This document shows positions 55,613 to 64,000 of a stretch of 64,000 nt of DNA, one piece after another; position 1 is the stretch's first letter; each line of letters starts with the position of its first letter. The position numbers were made by a program, and so were the translations under genes. Origin of the DNA: an uncultured bacterium. Lineage in GTDB: Bacteria; Fermentibacterota; Fermentibacteria; Fermentibacterales; Fermentibacteraceae. A model generated the notes under the pieces. It saw only the letters and a list, made by a program, of their open reading frames with translations, had not been told where the DNA came from and searched no databases. Location of the stretch: positions 58,485 through 122,484 of the forward strand of contig CAZMTK010000003.1 in assembly GCA_964569245.1 (NCBI GenBank), written 5' to 3'.

Positions 55613-56516
55613 CGCCTTCCCCTCCCTGGCGCATCGCCCCGTCGGGCAGGAGCACCCTGTAGACGAGCACGTATGCAGCGAAGCCGTAGATCAGCCCGGC
55701 CAGTATGTCTATGACGTAGTGCTCCGCTCCGTAGACCACCTCGAAGCAGATGGCGGCCACGGGCAGGGCCACCCAGGCGGCCCGCCGCCCGAACTCGTGC
55801 AGGGCGACGAGCAGGGTCATGAACGGAAGCCCCGCGTGGAGAGAGGGCATCGCGCCTCTCGGGCTGGGCTGGAAGGCGCCCTGAAGCCAGTTCGACGTGA
55901 ACCTTCCCATGGCGTCGAAGACAATCCTCTGCACTTCGGGGAAGGCTCCCTCGAGCTTCGCCATCCAGGGCGGGGTGAGAGGGAACAGCACATAGGTCAG
56001 ATAGCCCGCCATGGATATCAGCGTCACGGCCGCCGCGCCCCTCTTCATGGAATCGGGCCCCCTGCGCCAGAGGAGCACTCCCGGCAGCAGCAGGGGGAAG
56101 GCGAAGAGGGATGCGTGCAGCACTGCGAAGGCGTAGTCGTACCATCTGAAGCCGGGGGTGGGATGCAGCACGGACTGCAGCCATACTGTCGGCAGGACTC
56201 CGAATATCCGCTGCTCGAGCTCCGTCACGCCTGGGCCGTGGAACGGGTCGAACCTGGTCGAGACCACGATCCGCAGGGCCTGGTAGCTTCCCGTCAGCAC
56301 GAGGTAGTAGACCCAGCGCTTGGCAGCGTCAGGGAGGGGCTTCCACAGGTAGAGCGCGTATAGCGCGCCGAATATCAGGAGCTGGAGCGGAAACCTCGGG
56401 ACGAGCCTCGCGAAAGGCACGAGCGAGACCGCGATGGAGTACGCGCCGCAGACGGCGAGGATGAGGCTGTAGCTCCTGTCCTTGATTCCCGGCATGCTCA
56501 AGAGGCTGCGAGACAT
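55602..56516 (-). CDS. PAP2-superfamily membrane protein (PAP2_3 / inositol-phosphorylceramide-synthase-like)
   Basis: Six-TM topology with the PAP2 catalytic triad arrangement (K...RW, PSLHAG, YGAEHYVID). Overlaps the panB start by 11 nt. Confidence 0.55.
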   Translation of the reverse strand: MSRSLLSMPGIKDRSYSLILAVCGAYSIAVSLVPFARLVPRFPLQLLIFGALYALYLWKPLPDAAKRWVYYLVLTGSYQALRIVVSTRFDPFHGPGVTELEQRIFGVLPTVWLQSVLHPTPGFRWYDYAFAVLHASLFAFPLLLPGVLLWRRGPDSMKRGAAAVTLISMAGYLTYVLFPLTPPWMAKLEGAFPEVQRIVFDAMGRFTSNWLQGAFQPSPRGAMPSLHAGLPFMTLLVALHEFGRRAAWVALPVAAICFEVVYGAEHYVIDILAGLIYGFAAYVLVYRVLLPDGAMRQGGEGDEE

Positions 56517-56739
56517 TCCGCTCAGCAGCTCCTGAAGCGACGGAGGGGCGGAGCGGCTGTGGGGGGCCAGGGTCCTGAAGAATGAACGTTCGGCAGAGTT
56601 AGAGGACTTGTACGGCCTCGGCGCATCTCGCTTGGGCGGCGCGCCCCGGAGGGCGGCTGCTTCGGCTCAGCGCAAGGGCGATGCCTCCATCGGTAACCAA
56701 AGCACTCCCAGGCTGTGGCCCCCCGTGACCGAAGGTAGG

Positions 56740-57261
56740 TCATTCCGTTCCCGGTGTCAAACCCCGGGGCGGCCCCGTCCCGGAGTCGGGGCCGGGGAGC
56801 CCTCCCGACAGCGCCGGTATGACTCTCCTGGCGCACGCGTAGCGTCTGGCGTAGCCCGGCTGGTCGAGGCTGGTGATCACCACGCCCCTGTCCTGGTAGG
56901 ACGACGAGTGGATGAACTGGCCGTTTCCCAGATAGATCCCCACGTGCCCGGGATCGTCGAAGAAGACCAGGTCGCCCGGAAGGAGGTCGTCCTCACCGAT
57001 GCCGGCGCCCGCATCTCTCATGTCCCCGGCGGTCCTGGGCAGCGTCAGGCCGTTGTCGGCGAAGACGCGGAACACTAGACCGCTGCAGTCGAACCCGCCG
57101 GGCCCTGTGCCGCCGTAGACGTAAGGCGCCCCCAGAAAGGAGACGGCGTCCTCGACTATGCGGCAGGCGAGGACGGAATCCGGCAGGACCGGAATCGAGT
57201 CCGGACCCGCATCTGCCGCGGTTAGCAGGGCTGAGAGCACGACAGCGCACATCGCTAGCAT
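56740..57261 (-). CDS. NlpC/P60-family (C40) peptidoglycan endopeptidase
   Basis: Signal peptide, YVYGG...GFDCSGLV (catalytic Cys), GDLVFFD...GHVGIY (His). Confidence 0.8.
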   Translation of the reverse strand: MLAMCAVVLSALLTAADAGPDSIPVLPDSVLACRIVEDAVSFLGAPYVYGGTGPGGFDCSGLVFRVFADNGLTLPRTAGDMRDAGAGIGEDDLLPGDLVFFDDPGHVGIYLGNGQFIHSSSYQDRGVVITSLDQPGYARRYACARRVIPALSGGLPGPDSGTGPPRGLTPGTE

Positions 57262-57343
57262 CTGGCGCCCCCTCCCTTCCCCGGGGTTGCCGCGCCGGAA
57301 GCGGTAACATAAGGAATGGGAGGCGTCGGGGGCACCGACCAGC

Positions 57344-58933
57344 CTATCTGGTCGGAACCAGTATCACCGCCGCCGCGGGTCTTGGCTCGTCGGTCCAGAC
57401 AGGGTCGGCATCGGGCGGCATGCGATCCAGGCAGATCAGGCACTCGATCCCCAGCTCGCGGATGACGCTGTCTGCCTCCGGTGAGGGCCAGGAGTTCAGC
57501 ATCTCGGCAGTGCGCCGGTATCCCTCGGGAAGAGTGGTGGCATAGCCGTTTGCCATCGGGGTGAAATGGAGCATGGAGCCGTAGAGGTTCGTACATTCAT
57601 GCTCCGGAACGTCGAGCGAGGTTCCCACGGGAAGTATCGCGATGGCCTCGAAATCCTTCGATGCGAGCCACGAGTGGTACCTCCTCGGCTCAACCGGCTG
57701 GAGCCTCATCGGTCCCGGCCATACCTCCGCCAGCGACATCGCGGCTCCCAGCACTGCGATCATAGGCCTTCCTCTCATCGTGCGCCCCGCAGCCAGCATG
57801 ACGGGGAAGAGGAAGAAGACCCCCGCCCTCGCAGGCAGCCTTATCGAAGAGAAGCCCGGCAGGCCGGCGATCAGTCTCCAGGGCGCGGGCGAGACGGGCC
57901 TGCCGAAGACCGACAGCGTGGGGCCGAGGCAGAAGACTGCGAAAACAGCTGCCGAGAGAGCGAAGTACCAGCCCCATGCGATGCCGGCGGCTTCCCTCTT
58001 CCTGCGGAGGAGGAACAGGAGGGTCCCCAGAGCTGCCGCCATGCCGGGCCAAAGGGCCGCCTCTCCATGGGTCGTGGAAGGCCTCGCCCATCCGAGCAGC
58101 CTGCTGCTCTCCCAGGGCGAGAGGAAGGCCGACACGTCTGTAGAGGCCATGGAGTCGGGGCTCCAGCCTGAGGAGTGAGAGAAGTGTCCCGCAGCCAGCA
58201 GCAGGGCTGCAGAGGCGGCGAACCCCGCTCCGGCCCAGAGCGAGGTCCGCGCCAGCCCCTTCGAGCCGCCGGATGCCGCCGCCCAGGGCAGCGCGAGCAG
58301 CAGTGCGACCCCCAGGAACAGCCAGTAGTAGAGCGAGGCGCAGCACTGCAGGACCACTAGCAGCGCCAGGGGCCACCCGGCGCCGGTTCCTGAGGAGACC
58401 CTCATGGTCTGCCTCACGGCAAGGAAGGCGAATCCCGGGGACATGAGCTGGATGTGCCACAGGTGGCTCTGGAAGAACGGGGCGCAGACCATCGCCGATG
58501 CTGCGAACATGGCTCCCCAGCGGTCGAGGCCCGCCTCCCTGGCCAGCATGAAGAGGCCGAAGCCCGCGAACGCCATGGAGACTGCGAAGACGATGTTGTG
58601 GGCGGCGAGGGGCGATGCCCCCGCCAGCCTCGCAGGGACGGCGGCGGCCGACTGGGCCAGCAACAGGTCGCTCCGCCCCTGAGCGTCGGGCTGTCCCAGG
58701 AACACGGGGGGATGGAAGGGGTTCGCCAGGGTCGAGACGGCGTGGATGTTCCACTCCATGAGCCAGGTGTTGAACAGCGTGTCCGCCCTGTCGTGCGCGC
58801 CGGAGCCGGGTCTCGCGAGCATCGGCCAGGTGACGGCCGCGGCCATCGCCAGGCATATCGCCGCCGCGGCTGCGAGCTCCCGTGCGGAGACGCCCGGAGG
58901 GGCAGCCCTGCTGCGTCTAGTACGCCCTGGCAA
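57344..58933 (-). CDS. Hypothetical large polytopic membrane protein (possible GT-C-type glycosyltransferase)
   Basis: 529 aa with about 10 or more predicted TM helices and a roughly 130-aa soluble C-terminal domain; no firm family call. Confidence 0.4.
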   Translation of the reverse strand: MPGRTRRSRAAPPGVSARELAAAAAICLAMAAAVTWPMLARPGSGAHDRADTLFNTWLMEWNIHAVSTLANPFHPPVFLGQPDAQGRSDLLLAQSAAAVPARLAGASPLAAHNIVFAVSMAFAGFGLFMLAREAGLDRWGAMFAASAMVCAPFFQSHLWHIQLMSPGFAFLAVRQTMRVSSGTGAGWPLALLVVLQCCASLYYWLFLGVALLLALPWAAASGGSKGLARTSLWAGAGFAASAALLLAAGHFSHSSGWSPDSMASTDVSAFLSPWESSRLLGWARPSTTHGEAALWPGMAAALGTLLFLLRRKREAAGIAWGWYFALSAAVFAVFCLGPTLSVFGRPVSPAPWRLIAGLPGFSSIRLPARAGVFFLFPVMLAAGRTMRGRPMIAVLGAAMSLAEVWPGPMRLQPVEPRRYHSWLASKDFEAIAILPVGTSLDVPEHECTNLYGSMLHFTPMANGYATTLPEGYRRTAEMLNSWPSPEADSVIRELGIECLICLDRMPPDADPVWTDEPRPAAAVILVPTR

Positions 58934-60359
58934 CGATCGCCCTGCTGCCGGCGGGCCTGCCGGTCATGAAGCAGGGGCCCCCGGTACCGGCCTGGTCGAG
59001 AGGGATGTTGCGCACCGTGGCCTTGGTATCCTCCTGAAGACGCTCCTCGTCCTCCCTTCCGCCGGCCCACCACACGCGATAGAACCCGGGTCTCTCCTCG
59101 AACACCGCCTTGAACTCCTCGTAGGTGCGGACCTCGTAGGTCATCGCGTCGCGCCTGCGCTCGGCATCGGCGAGCATCTCCGACTGGATAGAGGCCAGCC
59201 TGGACCTGGTCTCGGCAGCCAGACCTTCGAAGGGAAGCGCGAACTTGCCCTCCCTGCCTGGGCGGATCCGCGAACTCGCTGTGACATGTCCGCCTGCGAG
59301 GTCCCTGGGACCGAGCTCGAAGCGCAGGGGCACGCCCTTTATCTCCCAGTGATTGAACTTGAATCCGGGGCTCACGGTGTCACGGTCGTCCAGCTTCGCC
59401 CTGACGCCTGCCGCGTCGAGATCAGCGGCTATCCGCTCCGCCGCCTGGAGCAGCTCGGCCTTCTCGCTCTCGCTCTTCCAGATCGGCACCACCACCACCT
59501 GCCGCGGGGCGATCTCGGGGGGCAGCCTCAGGCCGTGGTCGTCGCCGTGAGCCGTGATGACGGCGCCGACCAGCCTGGTCGAAACTCCCCAGCTGCTCTG
59601 GTGCACATACTGCTGCTCGTTGTTCTCGTCGAGGAACCGCGTGTTGAAGGCCTTCGCGAAGTTCGTGCCGAGATAGTGGCTGGTGCCCGACTGGAGGGCC
59701 CACCCGTTGCCCGACATCGACTCTATCGAGTAGCTTTCCACGGCTCCCGCGAACTTCTCCCGGTCGGTCTTCCGGCCGGCGATCACCGGCACGGCAAGGA
59801 CCTCCCTCGCGAACGCCTCGTACACCCTCAGCATCCTCACGGCCTCCTCGCGGGCCTCGGCTTCGGTGGCGTGGGCCGTATGGCCCTCCTGCCACAGGAA
59901 CTCGGTGGTCCTGATGAAGGCTCTGGGCCGCAGCTCCCAGCGCACCACGTTGGCCCACTGGTTGAGGAGCATCGGGAGGTCCCGGTAGCTGCCTATCCAC
60001 TTCGAGAAGAAGTGATTGATGATGGTCTCGGAGGTGGGCCTCACCACGAGAGGCTCCTCCAGCTTCCTCCCGCCGCCGTGCGTCACGACGGCCAGCTCGG
60101 GCGAGAAGCCCTCGACGTGCTCGGCCTCCTTCTGGAGGAAGCTCTGGGGGATGAAGAGAGGGAAATAGACGTTCTCGTGCCCCGTCTCCCTGAAGCGGGC
60201 GTCGAGCCCCTTCTGGATGTTCTCCCAGATCGCGTAGCCCCAGGGCCTGATGACCATGCACCCGCGGACGGGGGCAGAGTCGGCCAGCTCGGCCTCGCGA
60301 ATGACGTCCTGGTACCACTGGGCGTAGTCGCTCTTCTGCGGCGTGATGCTCTCAGCCAT
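58917..60359 (-). CDS. proS: Proline--tRNA ligase, archaeal/eukaryotic-type (class II, no INS domain)
   Basis: MAESITPQKSDYAQWYQDVI...VIRPWGYAIWE...FPLFIP N-terminus and the class II motifs. About 480 aa with a C-terminal zinc-binding-like tail typical of the archaeal-type enzyme. The start is taken at M22 of the track ORF. Confidence 0.9.
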   Translation of the reverse strand: MAESITPQKSDYAQWYQDVIREAELADSAPVRGCMVIRPWGYAIWENIQKGLDARFRETGHENVYFPLFIPQSFLQKEAEHVEGFSPELAVVTHGGGRKLEEPLVVRPTSETIINHFFSKWIGSYRDLPMLLNQWANVVRWELRPRAFIRTTEFLWQEGHTAHATEAEAREEAVRMLRVYEAFAREVLAVPVIAGRKTDREKFAGAVESYSIESMSGNGWALQSGTSHYLGTNFAKAFNTRFLDENNEQQYVHQSSWGVSTRLVGAVITAHGDDHGLRLPPEIAPRQVVVVPIWKSESEKAELLQAAERIAADLDAAGVRAKLDDRDTVSPGFKFNHWEIKGVPLRFELGPRDLAGGHVTASSRIRPGREGKFALPFEGLAAETRSRLASIQSEMLADAERRRDAMTYEVRTYEEFKAVFEERPGFYRVWWAGGREDEERLQEDTKATVRNIPLDQAGTGGPCFMTGRPAGSRAIVARAY

Positions 60360-60604
60360 CTCGGGATGCCTTCCGCCCGGCCCCCTCGGCCGGGTCTCTA
60401 GCGGCAGACCGCCTGCCGGCAAGGCCGGAAACTAAGCCGGCGGGGCGGGGAATGGCAACATCGGCCGCGCAGCGACAGGTCGAAGGGCGGGAGCGAGGGC
60501 TCCGAAGCCGCATCTGCCCGCGCGCTCCGAACTGGCGAAGCACTGGCCTTTCCCCGATAATCTGCACGAAGAATTCCGCGGACACTCTCTCCCGGGAGGT
60601 CGCT

Positions 60605-63094
60605 GTGTCGCTCTTCATGCTGCTGCTCTCCGCCGCTGCCGGAACCGCGCAGGCTCCGGAAGGGCCGGCATGCCTGCCCTTCGCGCTCACTCCCAGATGT
60701 CCTCTCGAGGCGAATCCCGCATCCTTCAGCGTCATCAGGGAAGCGCGCGACGACAGGGCCGACTCGGAGATCCTCGTAGTAGTGAACGCCGCCCTCCAGT
60801 CTCCGCTGGCTGCGGAGCTGACCCGCTTCCAGCAGGACCTGGAGGCGGAAGGCTACGACGTCACGATGACAGCCATGAGCGGCGGCACGGCGGCCAGCCT
60901 CCGCTCCATGCTGCAGGGGCATGCGGGGCTGGGAGGCGCAATCTTCGTGGGCTGGCTCCCCGCGGCCTGGTACGAGATGGACGAGTGGGGCGGACCGCAC
61001 GAGGAATTCCCGCTGGACCTGTACTTCATGGACCTCAACGGAACCTGGACCGACTCCGACGGCGACGGGATGTTCGACGCCCATGCCGGCAACCGGCAGG
61101 CCGAGATATGGGTCGGCAGGATCGATGCACACGCCATCGAGTTCGGCAACGAGGTCGACCTGCTCCGCGACTTCTTCGACAAGAACCACCTCTATCGCAC
61201 CGGGGGGCTGGCCGTCCCGGCGCGCGCGCTCGCATACGACGACGACGACTGGAGCGGCTACGGTGCCAGCGGGCTCGACCTCATCTACTCCTCGGTCACC
61301 GTCGTGAACGATCCCGCACAGACCACAGCGGCATACTACCGCGACAGGATGGCCTACGGCTACGAGTTCATCCACCTCATGGCGCACTCCTCTCCGTGGG
61401 GGCATACTTTCAAGAGCCCATCGGGCTATTCAGGCACCGTCATGTCTCCGGAGATAGCCGAGATCAACCCGCACACTGCCTTCGTCCAGCTTTTCGCCTG
61501 CTCCAACTGCAGGTGGACCGAGCCGAACTGCCTCGGGAACTGGTATCTTTTCGGCACCGACTACGTCCAGCTCGCCATCGGCTCGACGAAGACGGGCTCG
61601 ATGCTCGAATTCGAATCCTTCTACGGGCCCATCGGCAGCGGATCCGCCCCCGGCGTCGCCTTCAGGGCCTGGATGAACAGCGTCGGTCTCGGCGATCCTG
61701 CATGGCACTACGGGTGCGTCCTGCTCGGAGACCCCACCATCGAGCCGCAGGGAGGCGGCGCCATGGCCGGAGTCGGGTCGCACCAGGGCGGATCGGACGC
61801 CTATGTGAAGGTCTCCACCAGCACCACGTCCGACTGCTTCCCCTCCGTCGCCGTGAGCGGCGAGAACGTCTGGATCGCCTGGATGACAGGCTCCACCTCC
61901 AGGCTGGACATCGCTGCCAGGAACTTCGACGGAGACAGCTGGAGCGGCGTGATGCTCGTCGACTCCGACGAGTACTGGGATGTTTCTCCATCGCTGGCGA
62001 TCGACGGGGCGGGACAGCCCTGGCTCGCCTGGTCCAGCTTCGACGAGAACACCTACGGCTACGACATCATGCTCGCGCACGGCGCCGGCTTCGGCACCGT
62101 CCAGACCGTCACGACGGGATCCGGCTACGATGTGGACCCCTGCCTCGCATGGGCCTCGGGGAAGCTCTGGCTCGTCTGGCAGACCTGGAGGAGGGGCGAG
62201 GGCGACATCATGGTCCGCTCCACCGACGGCAGCTACGCCCCTTCCTTCCTGTCGGCCCAGGGATCGGAGGACTTCTCACCGACGGCTGCCGCCGGTCCCG
62301 ACGGCAAGGTCCACGCCGCATGGGTGCGGAGCGGCTTCCAGGGCGACCAGATCCTCTGGTCGTACGGCAGCGCGTCGGGATTCTCGAGCCCCGTCGCCAT
62401 AAGCTCCGGAGGCTTCTGCCGGGCGCCGGTGCTGGGGGTGGCGGCCGGCCAGCTCTTCGCGGCCTGGCAGCAGGACGACTCGGGCAGCAGCATCAGGGTC
62501 CGCAGGTGGGGAGGAGGCTCCTGGGAGGCCGAGCAGACAATCTTCTCCTCGCCGTCCCTCACGGCCGTCACTCCCTCGATCGGAGAGTCGCCCACAGGGG
62601 CGCCGGTGCTCGCCTGGCAGCAGGGGAAGGGGGCCGGAGCCCAGATCTGGGCAAGCACCCTGACGGGCTCGGGCTGGTCGGCGCCGGCCCAGCTCGTGAA
62701 CCCGGCGGGACCTGCATGGTCGCCGGCGCTGGCCGACGGCGTCATCGCCTGGGCAGGCACAGCGGGAACGGCCGACTGGGACATATACGTATCCCTCGAA
62801 GGCGGCCTGGGCGCAGAAGGGCCTTCGGGCGCCGGGAACTGCCTTTTCGCTCCGGTGTCCAATCCCGCGAGAGGCGACGTCCGGCTGAGGAGCGTCGGCG
62901 CATGGACCGGCCCGGCCGAAATGGGAATGGACGTGTACGACCTCGCCGGGAGGCTGGTCGTCTCGACTTCAGGCATCGTCTCGGCCGAGGGAGTCCTCAC
63001 GGTTCCGACGGGCGGCGCTCCCAGCGGCATCTACTTCGTCAGGCTCCGCTCCGGTGATTTCAACCAGGATCTTCTCGTCACGATCCTCAGGTAG
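60605..63094 (+). CDS. Secreted multidomain protein with an N-terminal clan-CD (gingipain/C25-like) cysteine peptidase domain, Trp-rich beta-propeller-like repeats, and a C-terminal T9SS-type sorting domain
   Basis: The GTG start gives the signal peptide MSLFMLLLSAAAGTAQA. His and Cys contexts (HLMAHSSPWGH; LFACSNC) are spaced as in caspase-fold proteases. More than 10 repeats follow with W-x-x-W/SGxW. The C-terminal roughly 80 aa (VYDLAGRLV...GIYFVRL...LLVTILR) resemble a Por_Secre_tail. Confidence 0.45.
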   Translation: MSLFMLLLSAAAGTAQAPEGPACLPFALTPRCPLEANPASFSVIREARDDRADSEILVVVNAALQSPLAAELTRFQQDLEAEGYDVTMTAMSGGTAASLRSMLQGHAGLGGAIFVGWLPAAWYEMDEWGGPHEEFPLDLYFMDLNGTWTDSDGDGMFDAHAGNRQAEIWVGRIDAHAIEFGNEVDLLRDFFDKNHLYRTGGLAVPARALAYDDDDWSGYGASGLDLIYSSVTVVNDPAQTTAAYYRDRMAYGYEFIHLMAHSSPWGHTFKSPSGYSGTVMSPEIAEINPHTAFVQLFACSNCRWTEPNCLGNWYLFGTDYVQLAIGSTKTGSMLEFESFYGPIGSGSAPGVAFRAWMNSVGLGDPAWHYGCVLLGDPTIEPQGGGAMAGVGSHQGGSDAYVKVSTSTTSDCFPSVAVSGENVWIAWMTGSTSRLDIAARNFDGDSWSGVMLVDSDEYWDVSPSLAIDGAGQPWLAWSSFDENTYGYDIMLAHGAGFGTVQTVTTGSGYDVDPCLAWASGKLWLVWQTWRRGEGDIMVRSTDGSYAPSFLSAQGSEDFSPTAAAGPDGKVHAAWVRSGFQGDQILWSYGSASGFSSPVAISSGGFCRAPVLGVAAGQLFAAWQQDDSGSSIRVRRWGGGSWEAEQTIFSSPSLTAVTPSIGESPTGAPVLAWQQGKGAGAQIWASTLTGSGWSAPAQLVNPAGPAWSPALADGVIAWAGTAGTADWDIYVSLEGGLGAEGPSGAGNCLFAPVSNPARGDVRLRSVGAWTGPAEMGMDVYDLAGRLVVSTSGIVSAEGVLTVPTGGAPSGIYFVRLRSGDFNQDLLVTILR

Positions 63095-63104
63095 GGAGTA
63101 TCCG

Positions 63105-63593
63105 ATGACTGGCAGGATGTTCGACGATCTTGGCAGGCTGGACATTCCCCAGCCCATCAGAGAGCGGAAGTCGCCCGCCGCGGAGAGCGTGGTCGTGAAC
63201 GCCGTCTACTGCCCCGCCGGGCACGACCTCGTATCCCTCGAGCACGAGATAGGCGGATATCCGGCGATCCTCCTGGGCTTCCGCTGCTCCGCCGGCGAGG
63301 GCCGCGTCGCCCTCTCCGCCGTTCTGGGCGACCCCTCCAGGCAGCTGGTCGAGGGGACGATCCCCGAGGGAGAGGGCGTGACTCTCTTCTGTCCCGTCTG
63401 CGGAACCCCCCTGGACGTGCTGGGGGAGTGCGACTGCTCCCCCGGAGCCGTATCCGTGCTGGCCTACCTCTACCCCAGGAGGGATCCCTACCAGGCCATA
63501 GCCTTCTGCAGCTCCCTCCAATGCGACAACTCGGCTGTGATCCGCTCGGGGGAGGCCATAAGGGCCCACACGGTGCGCCACTGGCAGGGCTGA
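63105..63593 (+). CDS. Hypothetical Cys-rich protein (possible zinc-ribbon)
   Basis: AGGGAG RBS 6 nt upstream of the ATG. Motifs CPAGH, CPVCG, CDC and LQC. No family recognised. Confidence 0.4.
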   Translation: MTGRMFDDLGRLDIPQPIRERKSPAAESVVVNAVYCPAGHDLVSLEHEIGGYPAILLGFRCSAGEGRVALSAVLGDPSRQLVEGTIPEGEGVTLFCPVCGTPLDVLGECDCSPGAVSVLAYLYPRRDPYQAIAFCSSLQCDNSAVIRSGEAIRAHTVRHWQG

Positions 63594-63620
63594 TCCCCGG
63601 CACGGCTCGAAGGAGGACTG

Positions 63621-64000
63621 GTGAACCTGCTGATCCTTGCCGCGGTCGTCTCCGGTGCCGGGCTCGCGGGCACGGCGGAGGACGGCCTCGTATGCTCGAC
63701 TTTCTCGATCGCCGCGGTGGACACCTCTACGGGCGAGTGCGGGGTGGCCGTCGCCTCGCGAGTCCTGGCGGTCGGCTGCATCGTGCCCTGGGTTGACCCG
63801 TCCGCTGGCGCGGTCGCCACCCAGGCCCTCGTCAACGTCGCACTGGGGCCGGCCGGCCTCGAGCTTCTGGCCGGGGGCATGACGGCCGGAGAGGCTCTGG
63901 ACTCGCTGATCGCCTCCGACGAGGACATCCAGCAGCGCCAGCTCGGCATGGTGGACATGGAGGGAGGATCGGCCACCTTCACCGGAGGAGGCGCCATGTC
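63621..64000 (+). CDS. DUF1028-family (Ntn-hydrolase-fold) protein, partial (5' part only)
   Basis: GTG start after an AGGAGG RBS; a signal peptide; then CSTFSIAAVDTSTGECGVAVASR, typical of the DUF1028 N-terminus. Runs off the window end. Confidence 0.5.
   Translation, partial: MNLLILAAVVSGAGLAGTAEDGLVCSTFSIAAVDTSTGECGVAVASRVLAVGCIVPWVDPSAGAVATQALVNVALGPAGLELLAGGMTAGEALDSLIASDEDIQQRQLGMVDMEGGSATFTGGGAM

Noticed and set aside
1-64000. CRISPR arrays, insertion sequences, integrases, prophage genes, toxin-antitoxin pairs
   Set aside because: I looked for direct-repeat arrays, transposase or integrase motifs (DDE, R-H-R-Y) and small paired ORFs and found none. The window reads as chromosomal core plus one specialised envelope operon.

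Overview
This is a 64 kb window of about 67% GC from a diderm (Gram-negative-type) bacterium. Coding density is very high: I call about 60 CDS and one tRNA, and find no mobile elements, CRISPR arrays or large repeats. Many neighbouring genes overlap start-to-stop by 1-4 nt (ATGA, GTGA, TTGA), and many use GTG or TTG starts. The six-frame track often over-extends real genes upstream and lists many arginine-rich antisense ORFs, which I reject. Gene content, in window order: a partial outer-membrane protein, then ksgA and a TatD-radical-SAM fusion (-). Next are purA, engB, clpX, clpP, tig and a tRNA-Leu (-). These are followed by the complete Tol-Pal cluster tolQ-tolR-tolA-tolB-pal-cpoB together with ridA (-). 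Then come a DUF3298-type lipoprotein (+) and fabD (-). Next is a tripartite efflux operon (-): TolC-like outer-membrane factor, membrane-fusion protein, ABC ATPase, two FtsX/MacB-type permeases, and a spermidine-synthase-like membrane protein. Next (-) are a membrane protein, glgA and dedA. Then comes the conserved block ispDF, yacL (PIN-TRAM), radA and dnaB, followed by udg and a Gmk-CoaB fusion and yicC. On the + strand these are followed by rqcH, a cNMP-binding protein, deoB, cdd and a PC4-like protein. nrdJ lies on the - strand, divergent from the most unusual feature of the window. That feature is a 12-gene, tightly coupled + strand operon (40916-52503). It is headed by an ECF sigma factor with a zinc-finger (ZAS) anti-sigma factor. 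It continues with a secreted protein, a thioredoxin-fold lipoprotein that has lost its CxxC motif, and an LpxH-like pyrophosphatase. Next come a GT2 polyprenyl-phosphate glycosyltransferase, a GT4 glycosyltransferase, an NAD-dependent epimerase and a UPF0104/LPG-synthase-TM flippase-like protein. It ends with a YfhO-like GT-C membrane protein, a second flippase-like domain fused to a radical SAM/SPASM enzyme, and a creatininase-family hydrolase. I read this operon as a candidate undescribed envelope glycolipid or glycopolymer modification system under envelope or redox stress control. The rest of the window holds tsaC, purE, purD, panB and a PAP2 enzyme (-), an NlpC/P60 peptidase, a large membrane protein, an archaeal-type proS, and a clan-CD protease with a T9SS-like C-terminal domain. 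At the right edge are a Cys-rich protein and a partial DUF1028 gene. All family assignments come from motif reading by eye; I ran no searches.
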